A DNA stretch of 64,000 nt, taken from contig NZ_ATYS01000017.1 in assembly GCF_000427805.1 (NCBI RefSeq), positions 1 to 64,000 of the forward strand, read 5' to 3'. A program made the translations under genes and the position numbers. The notes beneath the pieces are model-generated. The model made no database searches. It was not told the origin of the DNA and was given only the letters and a program-made list of their open reading frames with translations. This DNA comes from Budvicia aquatica DSM 5075 = ATCC 35567 (lineage in GTDB: Bacteria > Pseudomonadota > Gammaproteobacteria > Enterobacterales > Enterobacteriaceae). Shown here one piece after another: positions 36,524 to 49,020 of this stretch (position 1 is the first letter of the stretch; every line of letters begins with the position of its first letter).

Positions 36524-38104
36524 ATGGAATGGATCGCAGATCCAACAATTTGGGCCGGCCTGGCGACACTGGTTGTGCTCGAAATCGTTCTCGGTATAGA
36601 TAACCTTATTTTCATTGCTATTCTGGCAGATAAGTTACCCCGGGCTCAACGTGACAGGGCTCGTGTCGTAGGTTTAACCTTAGCATTAGCCATGCGTCTA
36701 GCTCTGCTAGCCAGCATTTCGTGGCTTTCAACTCTAACTGCTCCACTATTCAGCGTTTTTGACCACAGCTTCAGCGGCCGTGAACTGATCATGCTCGCCG
36801 GAGGGGTGTTCTTGTTATTCAAAGCCACCATGGAATTGAATGAGCAGTTAGAAGGAAAAGATCACGACCAGCAGTCCCAACAGAAAGGGGCGAAATTCTG
36901 GCCCGTTGTGGCGCAAATCGTGGTGCTGGATGCGGTATTCTCACTAGACTCAGTCATTACTGCGGTAGGTATGGTCGATCATCTTGCCGTTATGATGATT
37001 GCCGTCTGTATTGCGATGGGCCTGATGTTATTAGCCAGTAAGCCGCTAACGCGCTTTGTTAATGCTCATCCGACAATTGTAATTCTGTGTCTTAGCTTCT
37101 TACTGATGATCGGCTTTAGCCTCGTTGCTGACGGGCTTGGCTTCCATATTCCTAAAGGTTATCTGTACGCTGCTATTGGTTTCTCAATTCTTATTGAGGT
37201 GTTTAACCAACTATCGATATCCAATCGCCGTAAGTTTTTGTCATCTAATCGCCCGCTTCGCCAACGTACCGCCGAAGCCGTTTTGCGTATGTTAAGTGGC
37301 AAGCATGAAGAAGCTGAACTGGACGATTACACTGCTCACCTAGTCGCTGATAAACGGGGTGATGAACTGTTTAACCAACAGGAACGTCATATGATTGAAC
37401 GCGTATTGGGATTAGCCCAGCGTTCGGTCGGCAGTATCATGACTTCTCGCCATGATATTGAGAACCTTGATTTAAGCGATACCGATGAAGATATCCGCGT
37501 TATTCTGCATAAAAACCAGCATACTCGCTTAGTGGTGACTGAAGACGGATCGGTTGATGAACCATTAGGCGTATTGCACGTTAATGACTTACTAAAACAA
37601 CAGTTAGAACAAGCCGAGTTGGATATCCGTTCGCTGGTCAAACAGCCGCTGATTTTCCCTGAAACGGTGTCGCTGTTAATGGCTTTAGAACAGTTTCGAC
37701 TGGCTAAAACTCACTTTGCCTTTGTGGTGGATGAGTTTGGTTCGGTTGAGGGTATTGTCACGTTAACCGATGTGATGGAAACCATAGCGGGTAATCTACC
37801 GGTAGATGGTGAAAACATCGATGCTCGCCACGATATTATCCATGAGGAAGACGGTAGCTGGATTGCCAATGGCTATATGCCACTGGAAGATCTTATTATC
37901 TATGTACCCATTGAGATTGAAGAAAAGCGTGAGTATCACACGCTGGCAGGTCTGTTAATGGAGCATGCTCAACGTATTCCTGAAGCCGGTGAACAGCTTA
38001 AAATTGGTGACTGGTTATATGAACCCCTGGAAGTTAATAGCCACCGGTTATTAAAAATCAGAATCACCTCGCTGAAGCCAAAATCTGAAGACGAAGAAGA
38101 ATAA
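36524..38104 (+). CDS. yegH: TerC-family membrane protein with CBS pair and CorC/HlyC C-terminal domain (YegH)
   Basis: N-terminal TerC TM region, two CBS domains, C-terminal transporter-associated domain. 526 aa, as in E. coli YegH. Confidence 0.8.
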   Translation: MEWIADPTIWAGLATLVVLEIVLGIDNLIFIAILADKLPRAQRDRARVVGLTLALAMRLALLASISWLSTLTAPLFSVFDHSFSGRELIMLAGGVFLLFKATMELNEQLEGKDHDQQSQQKGAKFWPVVAQIVVLDAVFSLDSVITAVGMVDHLAVMMIAVCIAMGLMLLASKPLTRFVNAHPTIVILCLSFLLMIGFSLVADGLGFHIPKGYLYAAIGFSILIEVFNQLSISNRRKFLSSNRPLRQRTAEAVLRMLSGKHEEAELDDYTAHLVADKRGDELFNQQERHMIERVLGLAQRSVGSIMTSRHDIENLDLSDTDEDIRVILHKNQHTRLVVTEDGSVDEPLGVLHVNDLLKQQLEQAELDIRSLVKQPLIFPETVSLLMALEQFRLAKTHFAFVVDEFGSVEGIVTLTDVMETIAGNLPVDGENIDARHDIIHEEDGSWIANGYMPLEDLIIYVPIEIEEKREYHTLAGLLMEHAQRIPEAGEQLKIGDWLYEPLEVNSHRLLKIRITSLKPKSEDEEE

Positions 38105-38184
38105 GTTCTGACGTGCTTTAAAGCAGATAATGCAAAATAAGAAAGGAGCCTATGGCTCCTTTCTTACCGCTGCTCATTAGCTTA

Positions 38185-40047
38185 TCAGAACAGTTTCTCT
38201 AATAGCTTCTGAGCATCTTTCGTTTCTTTCTTATCCTGATTCTTATTAATCCATTTATCAATCGCTTGTCCGACTTTACCTTTCAATTGATCGCGTAAAA
38301 CTTGCTCAACATTAAGCTGATAATTTAGCTTACTCCACGGGCCGTATATCCGCAGAGGAATGGTGCTGTTTTGCAGTATTTGAATAATATCTGATTTGCC
38401 AGTCCAGCCCTGAGTCACTCTGATATTTAAATTCATATCACAAGATTTATTCGGCAGGTTCAATGTACCGGTACCAGCAACGGTTAGCAGTTCAGAAGCG
38501 CCATTAAGGCGAGTTATTTTCACCTGACCTTGATTGAGAACGGTATCAACCACCAACTCTTTAACTTCCGTATAGCGATCGTACTTTTCCTTGCCTTGCA
38601 CGCTACTATTGCTGCGTGAGACGGCCTGCTGAATAAGCTGCTGAATATTCAAACCCTGTAAGCGTGCTCCGACAATATTGATATGAGCATTGCCCTGCCA
38701 GCCCTGTTTGATATCCAAAATATTATCGCCGCTGTTATTGAAGGTCCCTTGCATAGTCAACTGACCGGTTAAGGTTTCAGGATACGCCATGGCTTTTAAC
38801 AGTTCGCCAAGAGCGATATTCTGTACTCTCGGCTTAAGCGTTACCAACGTTTTAGCTCCGGTACTATCAACCAGCCCGTCAATATTAATTGCGCCATTAG
38901 CCAGCTTAGCCTGCAAATCATCAATAGTCGCTTTACCCTGCTGGTTAATAACCTTTAATGCTAGTTGATGAACCGGAATACCTTTATAAATCAGGTTATC
39001 TATATCAACGGATACTGTTGCATCAAACTCTCTTAAGAAAGTCAGGTCTGGCTGTTCAGGAATACCATTGGCCGACGATAACACCGGAGAAGGAAGTTCT
39101 CTTTCTGCTTTACTGGCCGCACTGGTACCAGCATCAGAGGATAAAAATAGCCGATCAAGATTGATATTTTCAGACTTAATCGCCAAAGAATAATGGGGTA
39201 CGTCACCGAATGAAGCTGAAATATCTGCCGTAATTTGATTTTCATTAAACGTAGCGGTAAATGGAAACAGGCGCACACTTTGTGGTGAGCTCTGATAATC
39301 CAGCTTAAATACGCTGTTTCCCTTAATCCCTTCTGCCGGAATACCTGCTCCGGCCAGTTGATAGTCTATGCCGGTAACATCAATATTCACCCCATGTGGA
39401 AACGCTTTTAAGTCCAGCGCGCCGTCAAGGGAAAAGCTCAGTTCTCGCTGATCGCGATTGATTCTGGCTTTAGCCGTTAAAGCTGCCTGACGAGCATCGG
39501 TTCGGGTCAGGGTTAAATTAATATCCCGAACGTTAATAATGTCATTATCCGTCCGTTGCCACACCAGCAGGCTATCTGTGATTTTTATTTTTTCCAGTTC
39601 CAGAGTCCAGACTGAAGCCGATGCCTGAACGACGGGCTTACTGTGACTCTGACTTTCACCCGGTGCAATAGGGGCACCTTGAGAACGTTTAGGTTGGGTA
39701 TCGGGAACCAGTTGAATAACGCCCCCTTTCAACACTACATTCTTGACTGAAAGCTGATGCGAAAAAAGAGGAAGTAACTCAACGTCCAGTCGCATATTTT
39801 CAGCGCTAACGATCGGCATGGTTGCACCCGGCGCCGTCAGCGTCATCTGCCCGGCTAAAATGCTCAATTGAGGCCATGCATGCCAGCGTAAATCGCCGTC
39901 GATCTTTAACTGGTAGCCGGTTTTATCCTCGACCTTCTTCACCATATAGCCACGAAAATCATTCGGATTAACCAGCAGGATCAGCGCGGTCATCCCGGCG
40001 ATAACAACAACCAGAAGAATTGCCAGTGCGGTTAAAAAGCGTCTCAT
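38185..40047 (-). CDS. asmA: AsmA-family outer-membrane biogenesis protein
   Basis: N-terminal signal-anchor MRRFLTALAILLVVVIAGMTALILL. 620 aa. Position upstream of dcd matches E. coli. Confidence 0.8.
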   Translation of the reverse strand: MRRFLTALAILLVVVIAGMTALILLVNPNDFRGYMVKKVEDKTGYQLKIDGDLRWHAWPQLSILAGQMTLTAPGATMPIVSAENMRLDVELLPLFSHQLSVKNVVLKGGVIQLVPDTQPKRSQGAPIAPGESQSHSKPVVQASASVWTLELEKIKITDSLLVWQRTDNDIINVRDINLTLTRTDARQAALTAKARINRDQRELSFSLDGALDLKAFPHGVNIDVTGIDYQLAGAGIPAEGIKGNSVFKLDYQSSPQSVRLFPFTATFNENQITADISASFGDVPHYSLAIKSENINLDRLFLSSDAGTSAASKAERELPSPVLSSANGIPEQPDLTFLREFDATVSVDIDNLIYKGIPVHQLALKVINQQGKATIDDLQAKLANGAINIDGLVDSTGAKTLVTLKPRVQNIALGELLKAMAYPETLTGQLTMQGTFNNSGDNILDIKQGWQGNAHINIVGARLQGLNIQQLIQQAVSRSNSSVQGKEKYDRYTEVKELVVDTVLNQGQVKITRLNGASELLTVAGTGTLNLPNKSCDMNLNIRVTQGWTGKSDIIQILQNSTIPLRIYGPWSKLNYQLNVEQVLRDQLKGKVGQAIDKWINKNQDKKETKDAQKLLEKLF

Positions 40048-40093
40048 GACATCACGTCCCCAGTGGTTAACAAACTTAATCTATCCATTCGAT

Positions 40094-40675
40094 TTAATCT
40101 TTATCTATACGGCTAGCATCAGCACCCTGCTGGCCTTTATATTTAGCATCTTCACGTCGATTGTAAGGTCGAGCCGCCGGGCCGCTCAATGGTTCAAAAC
40201 TCAATGCGCCAATTAGCATGCCCGGGCGCAGTGCCAGCGGTAGTTTACCGGAGTTATAAAACTCCAAAACAATTTTCCCCTGCCAGCCCGGATCGATACG
40301 GTGAGCCGTTACATGGACCATTAGACCAAGCCTTGCCAACGATGAACGCCCGTCAAGCCAGCCGATTAAATCGTCCGGAATGGAGACAGATTCAAGCGTA
40401 ACGGCCAAAGCCAGTTCCCCGGGATGTAAAAAGAATGCTTCATCACCGGTCAGTATAATTTCATCGCTCATAACCCGTTCTAATGCTGCAGACACTTCTT
40501 CTTTCGGCCCGCTAAGGTCAATATAAGGTGCAGTATGACCAAGAAAAACGCGGAACTGATTACCTAACCGGACATCAACTGTCGCACCGCTTATACGTTC
40601 AATGGGTGGTCGAGGAGTGATCGCCAGCCTGCCACTATCAAGGTAAGCTTCAATGTCTCGATCGCATAATCTCAT
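40094..40675 (-). CDS. dcd: dCTP deaminase
   Basis: [17 protein letters not shown]...; 193 aa; collinear with E. coli Dcd. Confidence 0.9.
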   Translation of the reverse strand: MRLCDRDIEAYLDSGRLAITPRPPIERISGATVDVRLGNQFRVFLGHTAPYIDLSGPKEEVSAALERVMSDEIILTGDEAFFLHPGELALAVTLESVSIPDDLIGWLDGRSSLARLGLMVHVTAHRIDPGWQGKIVLEFYNSGKLPLALRPGMLIGALSFEPLSGPAARPYNRREDAKYKGQQGADASRIDKD

Positions 40676-41083
40676 CCGGTACTTCTCCTGTGTTTATCTT
40701 GTTATAACGGTTTATGACCGCCAGACTTTAAGTTACAAACATGTTGGCTGCATTTATTTATCCAGTCTCTTACCTGAGTCCGACCGAACTCAAATAAAGA
40801 AAATCATCTATAAATACAAAAGTCTGATGCCAGTAGATTCATTTTATGTCGGCTACTTTATGGCTATACCACATGTACTACATACCAAGCACTAATAGTA
40901 TAACTGTAGGAATCATAAGTTCTTTTATCTCAGCACGCATTCACAAAAAAACAAAAACGTTCAGAAGAAACTTCTGCTGAAAAATTAAAGCTAAGTATAT
41001 GATTTTGTAAAGGCGTACGCCAGACTAAAACGCTGGCGTACCAGAGATAAGTCAGGTAATTGCTCACCTGAGCTATATATAGA

Positions 41084-42199
41084 TTACAGTAGCGTTCTGA
41101 TATTAATTTCTGACGGAATTGCACTACCCTGCCAATACAACTCGGCTGCCACTCGAGCCGCTAACTGGCGGTACATACCGCTGAATTCGCTATCAGGATT
41201 GGAAATTACCGTTGGTGCACCGCGATCTAAATCTTCACGAATGCTGATATGCAACGGAAGCTGCCCCAATAGCTGGCTGCCATGTTTTTCAATCAGTTTT
41301 GCTGCACCACCGGAACCAAAAATAGGCTCTTGATGCCCGCAGTTGCTGCATACATGCATACTCATATTTTCAATCACGCCTAATACCGGCACGTGAACTT
41401 TTTCAAACATGATCAAGCCTTTCATTGCATCAACTAAGGCAACATCCTGCGGAGTGGTCACAATAACAGCGCCGGTAACCGGGATGTTTTGTGACAATGT
41501 CAGTTGAATATCACCGGTTCCCGGTGGCATGTCGATAACCAGATAGTCCAGATCCGGCCACAGCGTATCTTGAAGCAATTGCAATAGTGCCTTACTGGCC
41601 ATCGGACCGCGCCACACCATGGCATTGCCATCTTCAACTAAATATCCGATCGAATTAGTCGCTAACCCGTGAGCCATAATCGGAGCCATATGCTCGCCAT
41701 CCGGTGATGTCGGACGCTCGGCTACGGTACCCAACATGGTCGGAATAGAAGGACCATAAATATCGGCGTCCAGAATACCAACCTTTGCGCCTTCGGCGGA
41801 TAAAGCCAGCGCCAGATTAACCGCAGTACTGGATTTTCCTACTCCGCCTTTGCCTGAACTCACGGCAATAATATTTTTAACACCTTTAATTGCAGCCTGA
41901 TCGTTAGCCCGCTTTAACGTAGCAATATTATGGATTAGCTTCCATACCACAGACTTAGCGCCGGTTGCTTTAATCAGTTGCTCATTTTTTTCTGCTTTTA
42001 GTGCTTCAAAACCGGTTTCCCACACAAACGGCATTTGCAACTCAATGTGTAAGACATCATCCAGAATAGTGCAATGATGCAGTGCACGAAGCTGGCCTAG
42101 ATCTTTCTTTAGCGTTGGATGGGTAAAAGTGGCGAGTAGCTCCGCCACCTGATGGTTCAACGCTTCTGGTGTTACCGGCCCTTGGGATTGCTGGCTCAT
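41084..42199 (-). CDS. apbC: Fe-S cluster carrier ATPase Mrp/ApbC
   Basis: ParA/MinD-type P-loop (IAVSSGKGGVGKSSTAVNLALAL). CxxC (CSNCGH) motif. Confidence 0.9.
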   Translation of the reverse strand: MSQQSQGPVTPEALNHQVAELLATFTHPTLKKDLGQLRALHHCTILDDVLHIELQMPFVWETGFEALKAEKNEQLIKATGAKSVVWKLIHNIATLKRANDQAAIKGVKNIIAVSSGKGGVGKSSTAVNLALALSAEGAKVGILDADIYGPSIPTMLGTVAERPTSPDGEHMAPIMAHGLATNSIGYLVEDGNAMVWRGPMASKALLQLLQDTLWPDLDYLVIDMPPGTGDIQLTLSQNIPVTGAVIVTTPQDVALVDAMKGLIMFEKVHVPVLGVIENMSMHVCSNCGHQEPIFGSGGAAKLIEKHGSQLLGQLPLHISIREDLDRGAPTVISNPDSEFSGMYRQLAARVAAELYWQGSAIPSEINIRTLL

Positions 42200-42532
42200 C
42201 CCTACTCCTTATTATTATCAGTGATTTTAATCATGGCTGTTGTTTTATCTATATCCAAAATAATATGACGGATATACCAATATACTGTTGTTAATCACAA
42301 CATATTGCCATCTAGCATAACAGATGCCCGGCCAAAACGCGTATATCGGCTTTTCCGGATTACACAGGATACCTATAGTGAACCTCTCCGTTCAAAAATC
42401 AAAATCTGCCGGCACATAAACAATGAAATATATTGCTAACAACGCTTAATACGGCCTAGCCGAGTCAGGCTCAATCGGTTAACATCTGTAGTTCCCGAAA
42501 ATTAACTACTCAATAAAGATAAGAATCTAACT

Positions 42533-44581
42533 ATGGCTCAAGTCGCGAAAAAAATGTTGGTGACGTGTGCGCTACCATACGCAAACGGTTCAATTCATCT
42601 CGGTCATATTCTCGAGCATATTCAAGCAGATATTTGGGTTCGCTATCAACGAATGCGCGGACATCAGGTTCACTTTATCTGTGCGGATGACGCCCACGGC
42701 ACCCCGATCATGCTTAAAGCTCAGCAGCTTGGCGTGACGCCGGAGAGCATGATTGAAGAGATGAGCCATGAACACCAAAAAGATTTCGCAGGCTTTTCTA
42801 TTAGTTATGACAACTATCACTCCACGCACAGTGAAGAAAACCGCGAATTATCAGAACTGATTTATAGTCGCCTTAAAGCTAACGGTTTTATCAAAACCAG
42901 AACTATTTCTCAGCTTTACGATCCTGAGAAATCCATGTTCCTGCCCGATCGCTTTGTTAAAGGTACTTGCCCTAAGTGCAAGGCACCGGACCAGTACGGC
43001 GATAACTGTGAAGTATGTGGAGCAACGTACAGCCCGACAGAGTTAATTGATCCGCGGTCCGTCGTTTCAGGTGCCACACCTGAGATGCGTGAAACCGAAC
43101 ACTTTTTCTTTGACCTGCCGTCATTTCAGACCATGTTACAGGCGTGGACCCGTTCGGGTGCACTGCAAGAGCAAGTCGCCAATAAAATGCAGGAGTGGTT
43201 TGATGCAGGCCTTCAGCAATGGGATATCACCCGTGATGCCCCATATTTTGGCTTTGAAATTCCGGATGCTCCGGGCAAATTTTTCTATGTCTGGCTGGAT
43301 GCGCCTATTGGCTATATGGGGTCATTCAAAAACCTGTGTAATAAACGTGATGATTTATGTTTTGATGAATACTGGAAAGAAGGTTCAGAGACTGAGCTTT
43401 ATCACTTCATCGGTAAGGACATTGTCTATTTCCACAGCCTGTTCTGGCCTGCGGTATTAGAAGGCAGCCAGTTCCGTAAGCCGACTAACCTGTTTGTTCA
43501 CGGTTATGTCACGGTTAACGGCGCTAAGATGTCAAAATCACGCGGTACCTTTATTCAGGCCAGCACTTACCTGAAACACTTAGATCCGGACTGTTTACGT
43601 TATTACTACGCGGCAAAACTATCATCGCGTATTGATGATATTGACCTCAATCTGGAAGACTTTGTTCAGCGCGTAAATGCCGATATCGTTAATAAAGTGG
43701 TCAATCTGGCCTCGCGCAATGCCGGCTTTATTACTAAGCGCTTTAACGGTCAGCTATCGCATAAATTGGCTGATACTGAGCTATACAAAACCTTTACCCA
43801 TGCCGCTAAAAGCATCAGTGAATGCTATGAGCAGCGTGAGTTTAGTAAAGCGATTCGTGAAATCATGGCGCTGGCCGATATTGCTAACCGCTATGTCGAT
43901 GAACAGGCACCTTGGGTTGTGGCAAAAGAAGAAGGCCGTGATGACGACCTGCAGTCTATTTGCTCCATGGGTATTAATATGTTCCGGGTTTTAATGACCT
44001 TCTTAAAACCGGTCCTACCAGCCCTGACCGACCGCGCCGAAGCATTCTTAAACCAGGAACTGAGCTGGGATGGCATTCATCAGCCGCTGCTCGACCATAA
44101 AGTGAATAGCTTTAAGGCGCTGTTTAACCGTATAGATGCCGATAAAGTAGCGGACATGGTTGAATCATCTAAAGCTGACCTCAAGGCCACTCAGGCCCTT
44201 TCAGCCCCTAAAGCTGCCGCAGGTAGCGTACTGGCGGAAGAACCTATTGCGGAAACCATCACTTTTGATGATTTCGCAAAAGTTGACCTGCGGGTTGCGC
44301 TGATTCAGCAGGCTGAAGCGGTTGAAGGGTCAGATAAGTTACTGAAGTTAACGCTGGATCTGGGGGGAGAAATCCGTCAGGTATTCTCCGGCATTAAGTC
44401 CGCCTATCCCGATCCTAAAGCACTGGAAGGCCGCTTAACGGTTATGGTAGCTAATCTGGCTCCGCGTAAAATGCGTTTTGGCGTTTCAGAAGGCATGGTT
44501 ATGGCTGCAGGTCCCGGGGGAAGCGATATATTCCTGCTTACTCCAGACAGCGGTGCTCAACCGGGCATGTCTGTTAAGTAA
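42533..44581 (+). CDS. metG: Methionyl-tRNA synthetase
   Basis: HIGH ([14 protein letters not shown]) and KMSKS (GAKMSKSRG) motifs. Zn-knuckle CPKCK...CEVC. C-terminal tRNA-binding domain. Confidence 0.95.
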   Translation: MAQVAKKMLVTCALPYANGSIHLGHILEHIQADIWVRYQRMRGHQVHFICADDAHGTPIMLKAQQLGVTPESMIEEMSHEHQKDFAGFSISYDNYHSTHSEENRELSELIYSRLKANGFIKTRTISQLYDPEKSMFLPDRFVKGTCPKCKAPDQYGDNCEVCGATYSPTELIDPRSVVSGATPEMRETEHFFFDLPSFQTMLQAWTRSGALQEQVANKMQEWFDAGLQQWDITRDAPYFGFEIPDAPGKFFYVWLDAPIGYMGSFKNLCNKRDDLCFDEYWKEGSETELYHFIGKDIVYFHSLFWPAVLEGSQFRKPTNLFVHGYVTVNGAKMSKSRGTFIQASTYLKHLDPDCLRYYYAAKLSSRIDDIDLNLEDFVQRVNADIVNKVVNLASRNAGFITKRFNGQLSHKLADTELYKTFTHAAKSISECYEQREFSKAIREIMALADIANRYVDEQAPWVVAKEEGRDDDLQSICSMGINMFRVLMTFLKPVLPALTDRAEAFLNQELSWDGIHQPLLDHKVNSFKALFNRIDADKVADMVESSKADLKATQALSAPKAAAGSVLAEEPIAETITFDDFAKVDLRVALIQQAEAVEGSDKLLKLTLDLGGEIRQVFSGIKSAYPDPKALEGRLTVMVANLAPRKMRFGVSEGMVMAAGPGGSDIFLLTPDSGAQPGMSVK

Positions 44582-44609
44582 TAGATTAATCTAAAGCGAT
44601 TAACGCTAA

Positions 44610-44650
44610 AAACAAAGGCGATGATAAATTCATCGCCTTTGTTGTTTCTA
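44610..44650. terminator. Bidirectional terminator between metG and cirA
   Basis: AAAGGCGATGAtaaatTCATCGCCTTTGTTGTTTC. Confidence 0.65.
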
Positions 44651-44673
44651 CTGATAGCAAACTGACTGATTAA

Positions 44674-46638
44674 TTAGAAGGTATAGTCCGCGGCAATAAA
44701 GTAACGGCGCCCTTCTTCATTATAGCTGTAGTCATCACGGCTCAACTCTTTATCAATCAGGTTAAGCACGCCGGCACGTAGTTTAAGATTTTTTGTCGCC
44801 TGATAAGCACCACCGGTATTCCACACCACATAACCGCCCGGAGTTGCCTCAGTGCCATTAACCGCCCGTTGTTTTCCGGTATAGTTAGCCGATACATAGA
44901 AAGACCAATCCTCAAGTGGCATCCAGTCCACAGTACCATTAGCCGTATGGAACGGACGCTCTTTTAGCGGCTTATTTCCGCCGTTGCTCAGATCCCGTGC
45001 ATCGTTATAGGTGTAGTTAAGTTTTGCTTTCCATTGGTCAGTAATCGGCACCGAGATTTCAGTTTCAACCCCGCGAATACGCGCTTTATTCACGTTGTAA
45101 TAGCCAAAAATAGGCGCTCCGGTGCTCGGATCAAAGCCAAGGAAATTAGGGTACGACGGAGCAAGAGATGTATTTGCCGTACGGTTAATACCAATCATAT
45201 CTTCAAGATTGTTTTCAAATACCGTAATACTACTGTTAACGCCTTCCAGAATACCCTCCTGGCCTGCGTAATAAATACCTAACTCAAAGTTCTCACTGGT
45301 TTCAGGCTTTAGGTCTGAATTGCCAGAAACGATACAGGATCCCCGGCATGATGCAGACTGCCAGTCAGGGCTTAACTGCAGCAATGATGGCGCTTTAAAC
45401 GCCGTTGCCCAACCACCTTTAAGCGTTACTTCGTCCGTTGCGTTATACACTAAATATGCTCTAGGACTCCAATGAGTACCATATTCTTCATGGTTATCCA
45501 TTCGAGTACCGGCGGTCAGCGCCAGGCTATCAAGGATACGCCACTCATCTTCAATAAATACTGCATGTTGCTTAGCCGAAGCAGAGCCGCTGCCTTTGAG
45601 ATTACCCGGATCGGAGAGATCGTCTTTACGCAGCTCACCGCCTAAAGTCACGGTCTGATTGATAGCATCAACCGGTAGAATAAATTTACCGTCAAGCGTC
45701 TTATTTTCTGAGGTGATATGGCTGGTACTGTAATTATCCACTTTCTCGCCGTAGAAACGGATTTCAGTATTCGCCAGGCTCCAGCGTCCGTTATGAGAAA
45801 CCGAGTAGTTCTGACGTTCCAGACGGGTTTTATCTAATGAGTCTGAATTTCGATCCTGACGGTCAAAACCATAACCTAACAGGATTTCCTGCTGTTCGGT
45901 TGGCGTAACGGAAAACTCAACGTTACCATCCCGGCTCTTATAGCCTTCAATTCCGCCCTGTGTGCCGCTGGTACTGGTTTCGGATGGTTTAGCCTGATCT
46001 TTATCGCGCTGAGCAAAATTACCGAATAATTTCACACCCAGCAAATCGTCAATTAAAGGACCGCTGGTATATACGCTGGTATTATAGCTATCACCGGTAT
46101 CACGATGTTCCTGAATAGTACTGTCTACGCTCAGATTGGTAGACCACGTTTTCTTGACTTTACGGGTAATAATATTGACTACCCCGCCCAGCGCATCTGA
46201 ACCGTACAGCGAAGACATCGGGCCACGTACTACTTCAATGCGTTCAATCGCATTAACCGGCACCCAGCTCAGGTCGTAATCATTATGACGAAATACTGCA
46301 TTGCGCGAGTTAACGCGCTTACCATCAACTAAAATCAGCGTATAGCTGCTGTCCAGCCCGCGAATGCTCACGCCGCGCCGGTTATCACCTTCGTTAGTTA
46401 GCTGAACCCCAGGAACCTCTTGAAGAATATCTTTTAAATTTTGAGCCGGTTTACGGTCTAAATCTTCCCGAGTAATGACGCTAATACTGGCCGGTGCATC
46501 CCTCAGGTTTTGTTCCACAGCAGAAGCCGTAACAACCATGGTCTGTTCTTCTGATGCAGCAAACACAGAAGCACTGGTAAGTAAGAGCGGTACATACATC
46601 CCTGACAAAATAATCGGATTAAGTCGTAGCCTTGCCAT
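44674..46638 (-). CDS. cirA: TonB-dependent catecholate siderophore / colicin I receptor
   Basis: TonB box ETMVVTA. Plug and barrel are collinear with E. coli CirA ([17 protein letters not shown]..., [20 protein letters not shown]-terminal F). Start taken at the ATG at 46638, which has a GGAG RBS. Confidence 0.85.
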   Translation of the reverse strand: MARLRLNPIILSGMYVPLLLTSASVFAASEEQTMVVTASAVEQNLRDAPASISVITREDLDRKPAQNLKDILQEVPGVQLTNEGDNRRGVSIRGLDSSYTLILVDGKRVNSRNAVFRHNDYDLSWVPVNAIERIEVVRGPMSSLYGSDALGGVVNIITRKVKKTWSTNLSVDSTIQEHRDTGDSYNTSVYTSGPLIDDLLGVKLFGNFAQRDKDQAKPSETSTSGTQGGIEGYKSRDGNVEFSVTPTEQQEILLGYGFDRQDRNSDSLDKTRLERQNYSVSHNGRWSLANTEIRFYGEKVDNYSTSHITSENKTLDGKFILPVDAINQTVTLGGELRKDDLSDPGNLKGSGSASAKQHAVFIEDEWRILDSLALTAGTRMDNHEEYGTHWSPRAYLVYNATDEVTLKGGWATAFKAPSLLQLSPDWQSASCRGSCIVSGNSDLKPETSENFELGIYYAGQEGILEGVNSSITVFENNLEDMIGINRTANTSLAPSYPNFLGFDPSTGAPIFGYYNVNKARIRGVETEISVPITDQWKAKLNYTYNDARDLSNGGNKPLKERPFHTANGTVDWMPLEDWSFYVSANYTGKQRAVNGTEATPGGYVVWNTGGAYQATKNLKLRAGVLNLIDKELSRDDYSYNEEGRRYFIAADYTF

Positions 46639-46851
46639 TGAAATCTCCATAATATTAATGTCTATTTGTAATAATTCTTTGTTAAATCTGCGGTTATTAG
46701 TCTTGTTATCAATCAAGTCACTTTATATTTATCAGCCCGACTTCCAGAAAAATGACAAAGAAATCCCTCGCGAAATAAAAGTATTTCAGCGACCAATCAT
46801 CGAAATATATTGTCATTAAAGGTTACAAATCAGAGCATACAAACATTAATG

Positions 46852-46870
46852 CAAATGATTACCATTATCA
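46852..46870. promoter_or_regulatory. Fur box candidate upstream of cirA
   Basis: AAATGATTACCATTATCAAC resembles GATAATGATAATCATTATC. Confidence 0.5.
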
Positions 46871-47103
46871 ACATAAATATTGTAGGGATATTTAATAAGT
46901 GTGAATGCTGACAGCTTTAATAAAGGAACACAGAGCCCGGCAGAAAGTATCGAGTTAATGTTCATCATTGTCTTCCTTTCCCTGAGGTGTAAATACGACT
47001 AATAATAAGAATGATAACTATTACTTAAATAAAGCCAGACTCTGGAGGAAAAATAAATTTTTCCTCAGGTCATTTTTTTGCTTTAAATGCGTTTTTACAG
47101 CGA

Positions 47104-47889
47104 CTAACTTACTGAATGTTCTACCAATCCATCAATTAACACTTGAGGCCGGCCAAAAGAGCAGCGCTCGATTCGCCCACGAACGCCATATACCTTGGCC
47201 AGACTGTCCGGTGTAATCACCTCTTCGGGCTTACCGTCAGCAATTAAATCACCGCTCTGAAGCATCAGAACATGATCTCCGTGGCGCAAAGCTATATTGA
47301 TATCATGAACCACCACAACGGTAATAATATTGCGTTTTTGAGTCTCTTTACGCACCAGATCCATCACGTGGAACTGATAGTTAAGGTCCAGCGCGCTAAG
47401 AGGTTCATCTAACAAGAGTAATGACGGCTGGCGAATCAGTGACTGTGCCAAACCGACTAACTGTTTCTGCCCGCCGGAGAGCTGATCTAAATAGCTCAGC
47501 GCCAGGTGAGAAATCCCTAATTGATGAAGCAAAGCCATCACTTCAGCTTCACTTTTATCATCGCTACTGCCACCGGATGCCCGCTGGGCAACAACGATAG
47601 ACTCAAGCACGTGCAAATGAACCCCAGCCGGTAACGACTGTGGCAGATACACCACTTTTTTAGCCCGTTCAGCAAATGGCATTTGCATTAAGTCATGGCC
47701 ATCGAGAAGCAATTCGCCGGTAGCATGATTTAACCCTGCCAAAGAGCGTAATAGCGTTGATTTACCGCTACCGTTTGGTCCGAGCAAAACGGTAATTTCT
47801 CCGCGGGATAACATCGGGATCGATAAATCTTTAATGATTTGCTTCTTCGGATACCCGGCATTAAAATTTTTCGCCTGCAAGCCGCTCAT
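47104..47889 (-). CDS. ABC transporter ATP-binding protein, FepC/FecE (iron-siderophore) type
   Basis: Walker A GPNGSGKST, signature LSGGQKQ, Walker B LLLLDEP. Start overlaps the permease stop (ATGA). Confidence 0.85.
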   Translation of the reverse strand: MSGLQAKNFNAGYPKKQIIKDLSIPMLSRGEITVLLGPNGSGKSTLLRSLAGLNHATGELLLDGHDLMQMPFAERAKKVVYLPQSLPAGVHLHVLESIVVAQRASGGSSDDKSEAEVMALLHQLGISHLALSYLDQLSGGQKQLVGLAQSLIRQPSLLLLDEPLSALDLNYQFHVMDLVRKETQKRNIITVVVVHDINIALRHGDHVLMLQSGDLIADGKPEEVITPDSLAKVYGVRGRIERCSFGRPQVLIDGLVEHSVS

Positions 47890-48980
47890 TACACGTTCCC
47901 CCTATGGCGCAGAATAATGCTCAAGAAGAACGGAACACCAACCAGTGACGTCACTATCCCAACAGGAATAATTACGCCCGGGATCAAATTCTTAGAGGCA
48001 ACGGAAGCCATGGAGAGTACCAACGCACCAATAAACGCACTGGCTGGCAAATAAAAGCGGTGATCTTCACCGAAGATCAAGCGGGCAATATGGGGGGCAA
48101 CCAAGCCGATAAAACCGATCGGCCCGACAAATGCAACCGCCAAAGCTGACAAAATACTAATACGTAGCAATGTCGTTAACCGTAAACGTCGAACGTCAAT
48201 ACCAAAGCTAATCGCCCGGTCTTCGCCCAACCTTAACGCAGTCAGCTTCCAGGCGTTCATCATTGACCATGGGAATAACACCAAGAATACCACCAGCAAA
48301 ATGGTTAGCTTAATCCAGGTCGCTCTGGCTAAGCTTCCCATTGTCCAGAATACCAGCCCCTGCAAAGTATCTTCTGAAGCAATAAATTGCATCATAGAAA
48401 CCAACGCATTAAAGGTGAAAACCAGCGCAATACCGAATAACACCACGCCGGACGTCGCAACCCGAGTCCAGCGAGTTACGGCATCTAACATAAATGCCGC
48501 TAACAGCGCGAAGATAAAGGCATTGGCCGAAATAAACCACTGAGGGTCAATACCGGGAATACCAATGCCTAAAACAATGGCTAGCGCGGCACCAAATGCC
48601 GCGGCTGACGAAACCCCTAAGGTAAAAGGGCTGGCCAGCGGGTTATTTAAAATGGTTTGCATTTCAGCACCGGCAAGGCCTAAAGCCATACCGACCACGA
48701 TAGCCATCAATGCATAAGGCAGGCGGATATCCCAGACAATAACCTGAGTACCCGCATCCACCGTTTCCGGATGCCATAAGGTCTGCCACAGTTCACTGAT
48801 GGTAAGACCGGAAGGACCCATAATAAAATCAAGCACAAGTGACCCAATAATCGCTAGAATGACAAAAGCCATCACTATCAGACGCTTACGTAAAATGCCA
48901 TGATAACGGCCCATTATGCTGGTATCAGCAGAGGCCTTTTTTGCTGCTATTGAATCTGTACTTGTGCTCATTAATGACAA
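47889..48980 (-). CDS. ABC transporter permease, FecCD family
   Basis: About 10 TM helices. FecCD-type conserved G-rich loop. Confidence 0.8.
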   Translation of the reverse strand: MSLMSTSTDSIAAKKASADTSIMGRYHGILRKRLIVMAFVILAIIGSLVLDFIMGPSGLTISELWQTLWHPETVDAGTQVIVWDIRLPYALMAIVVGMALGLAGAEMQTILNNPLASPFTLGVSSAAAFGAALAIVLGIGIPGIDPQWFISANAFIFALLAAFMLDAVTRWTRVATSGVVLFGIALVFTFNALVSMMQFIASEDTLQGLVFWTMGSLARATWIKLTILLVVFLVLFPWSMMNAWKLTALRLGEDRAISFGIDVRRLRLTTLLRISILSALAVAFVGPIGFIGLVAPHIARLIFGEDHRFYLPASAFIGALVLSMASVASKNLIPGVIIPVGIVTSLVGVPFFLSIILRHRGNV

Positions 48981-49020
48981 CCATTGTTACTTTATTATCA
49001 AATAGTAGTGCAAATTTTTA

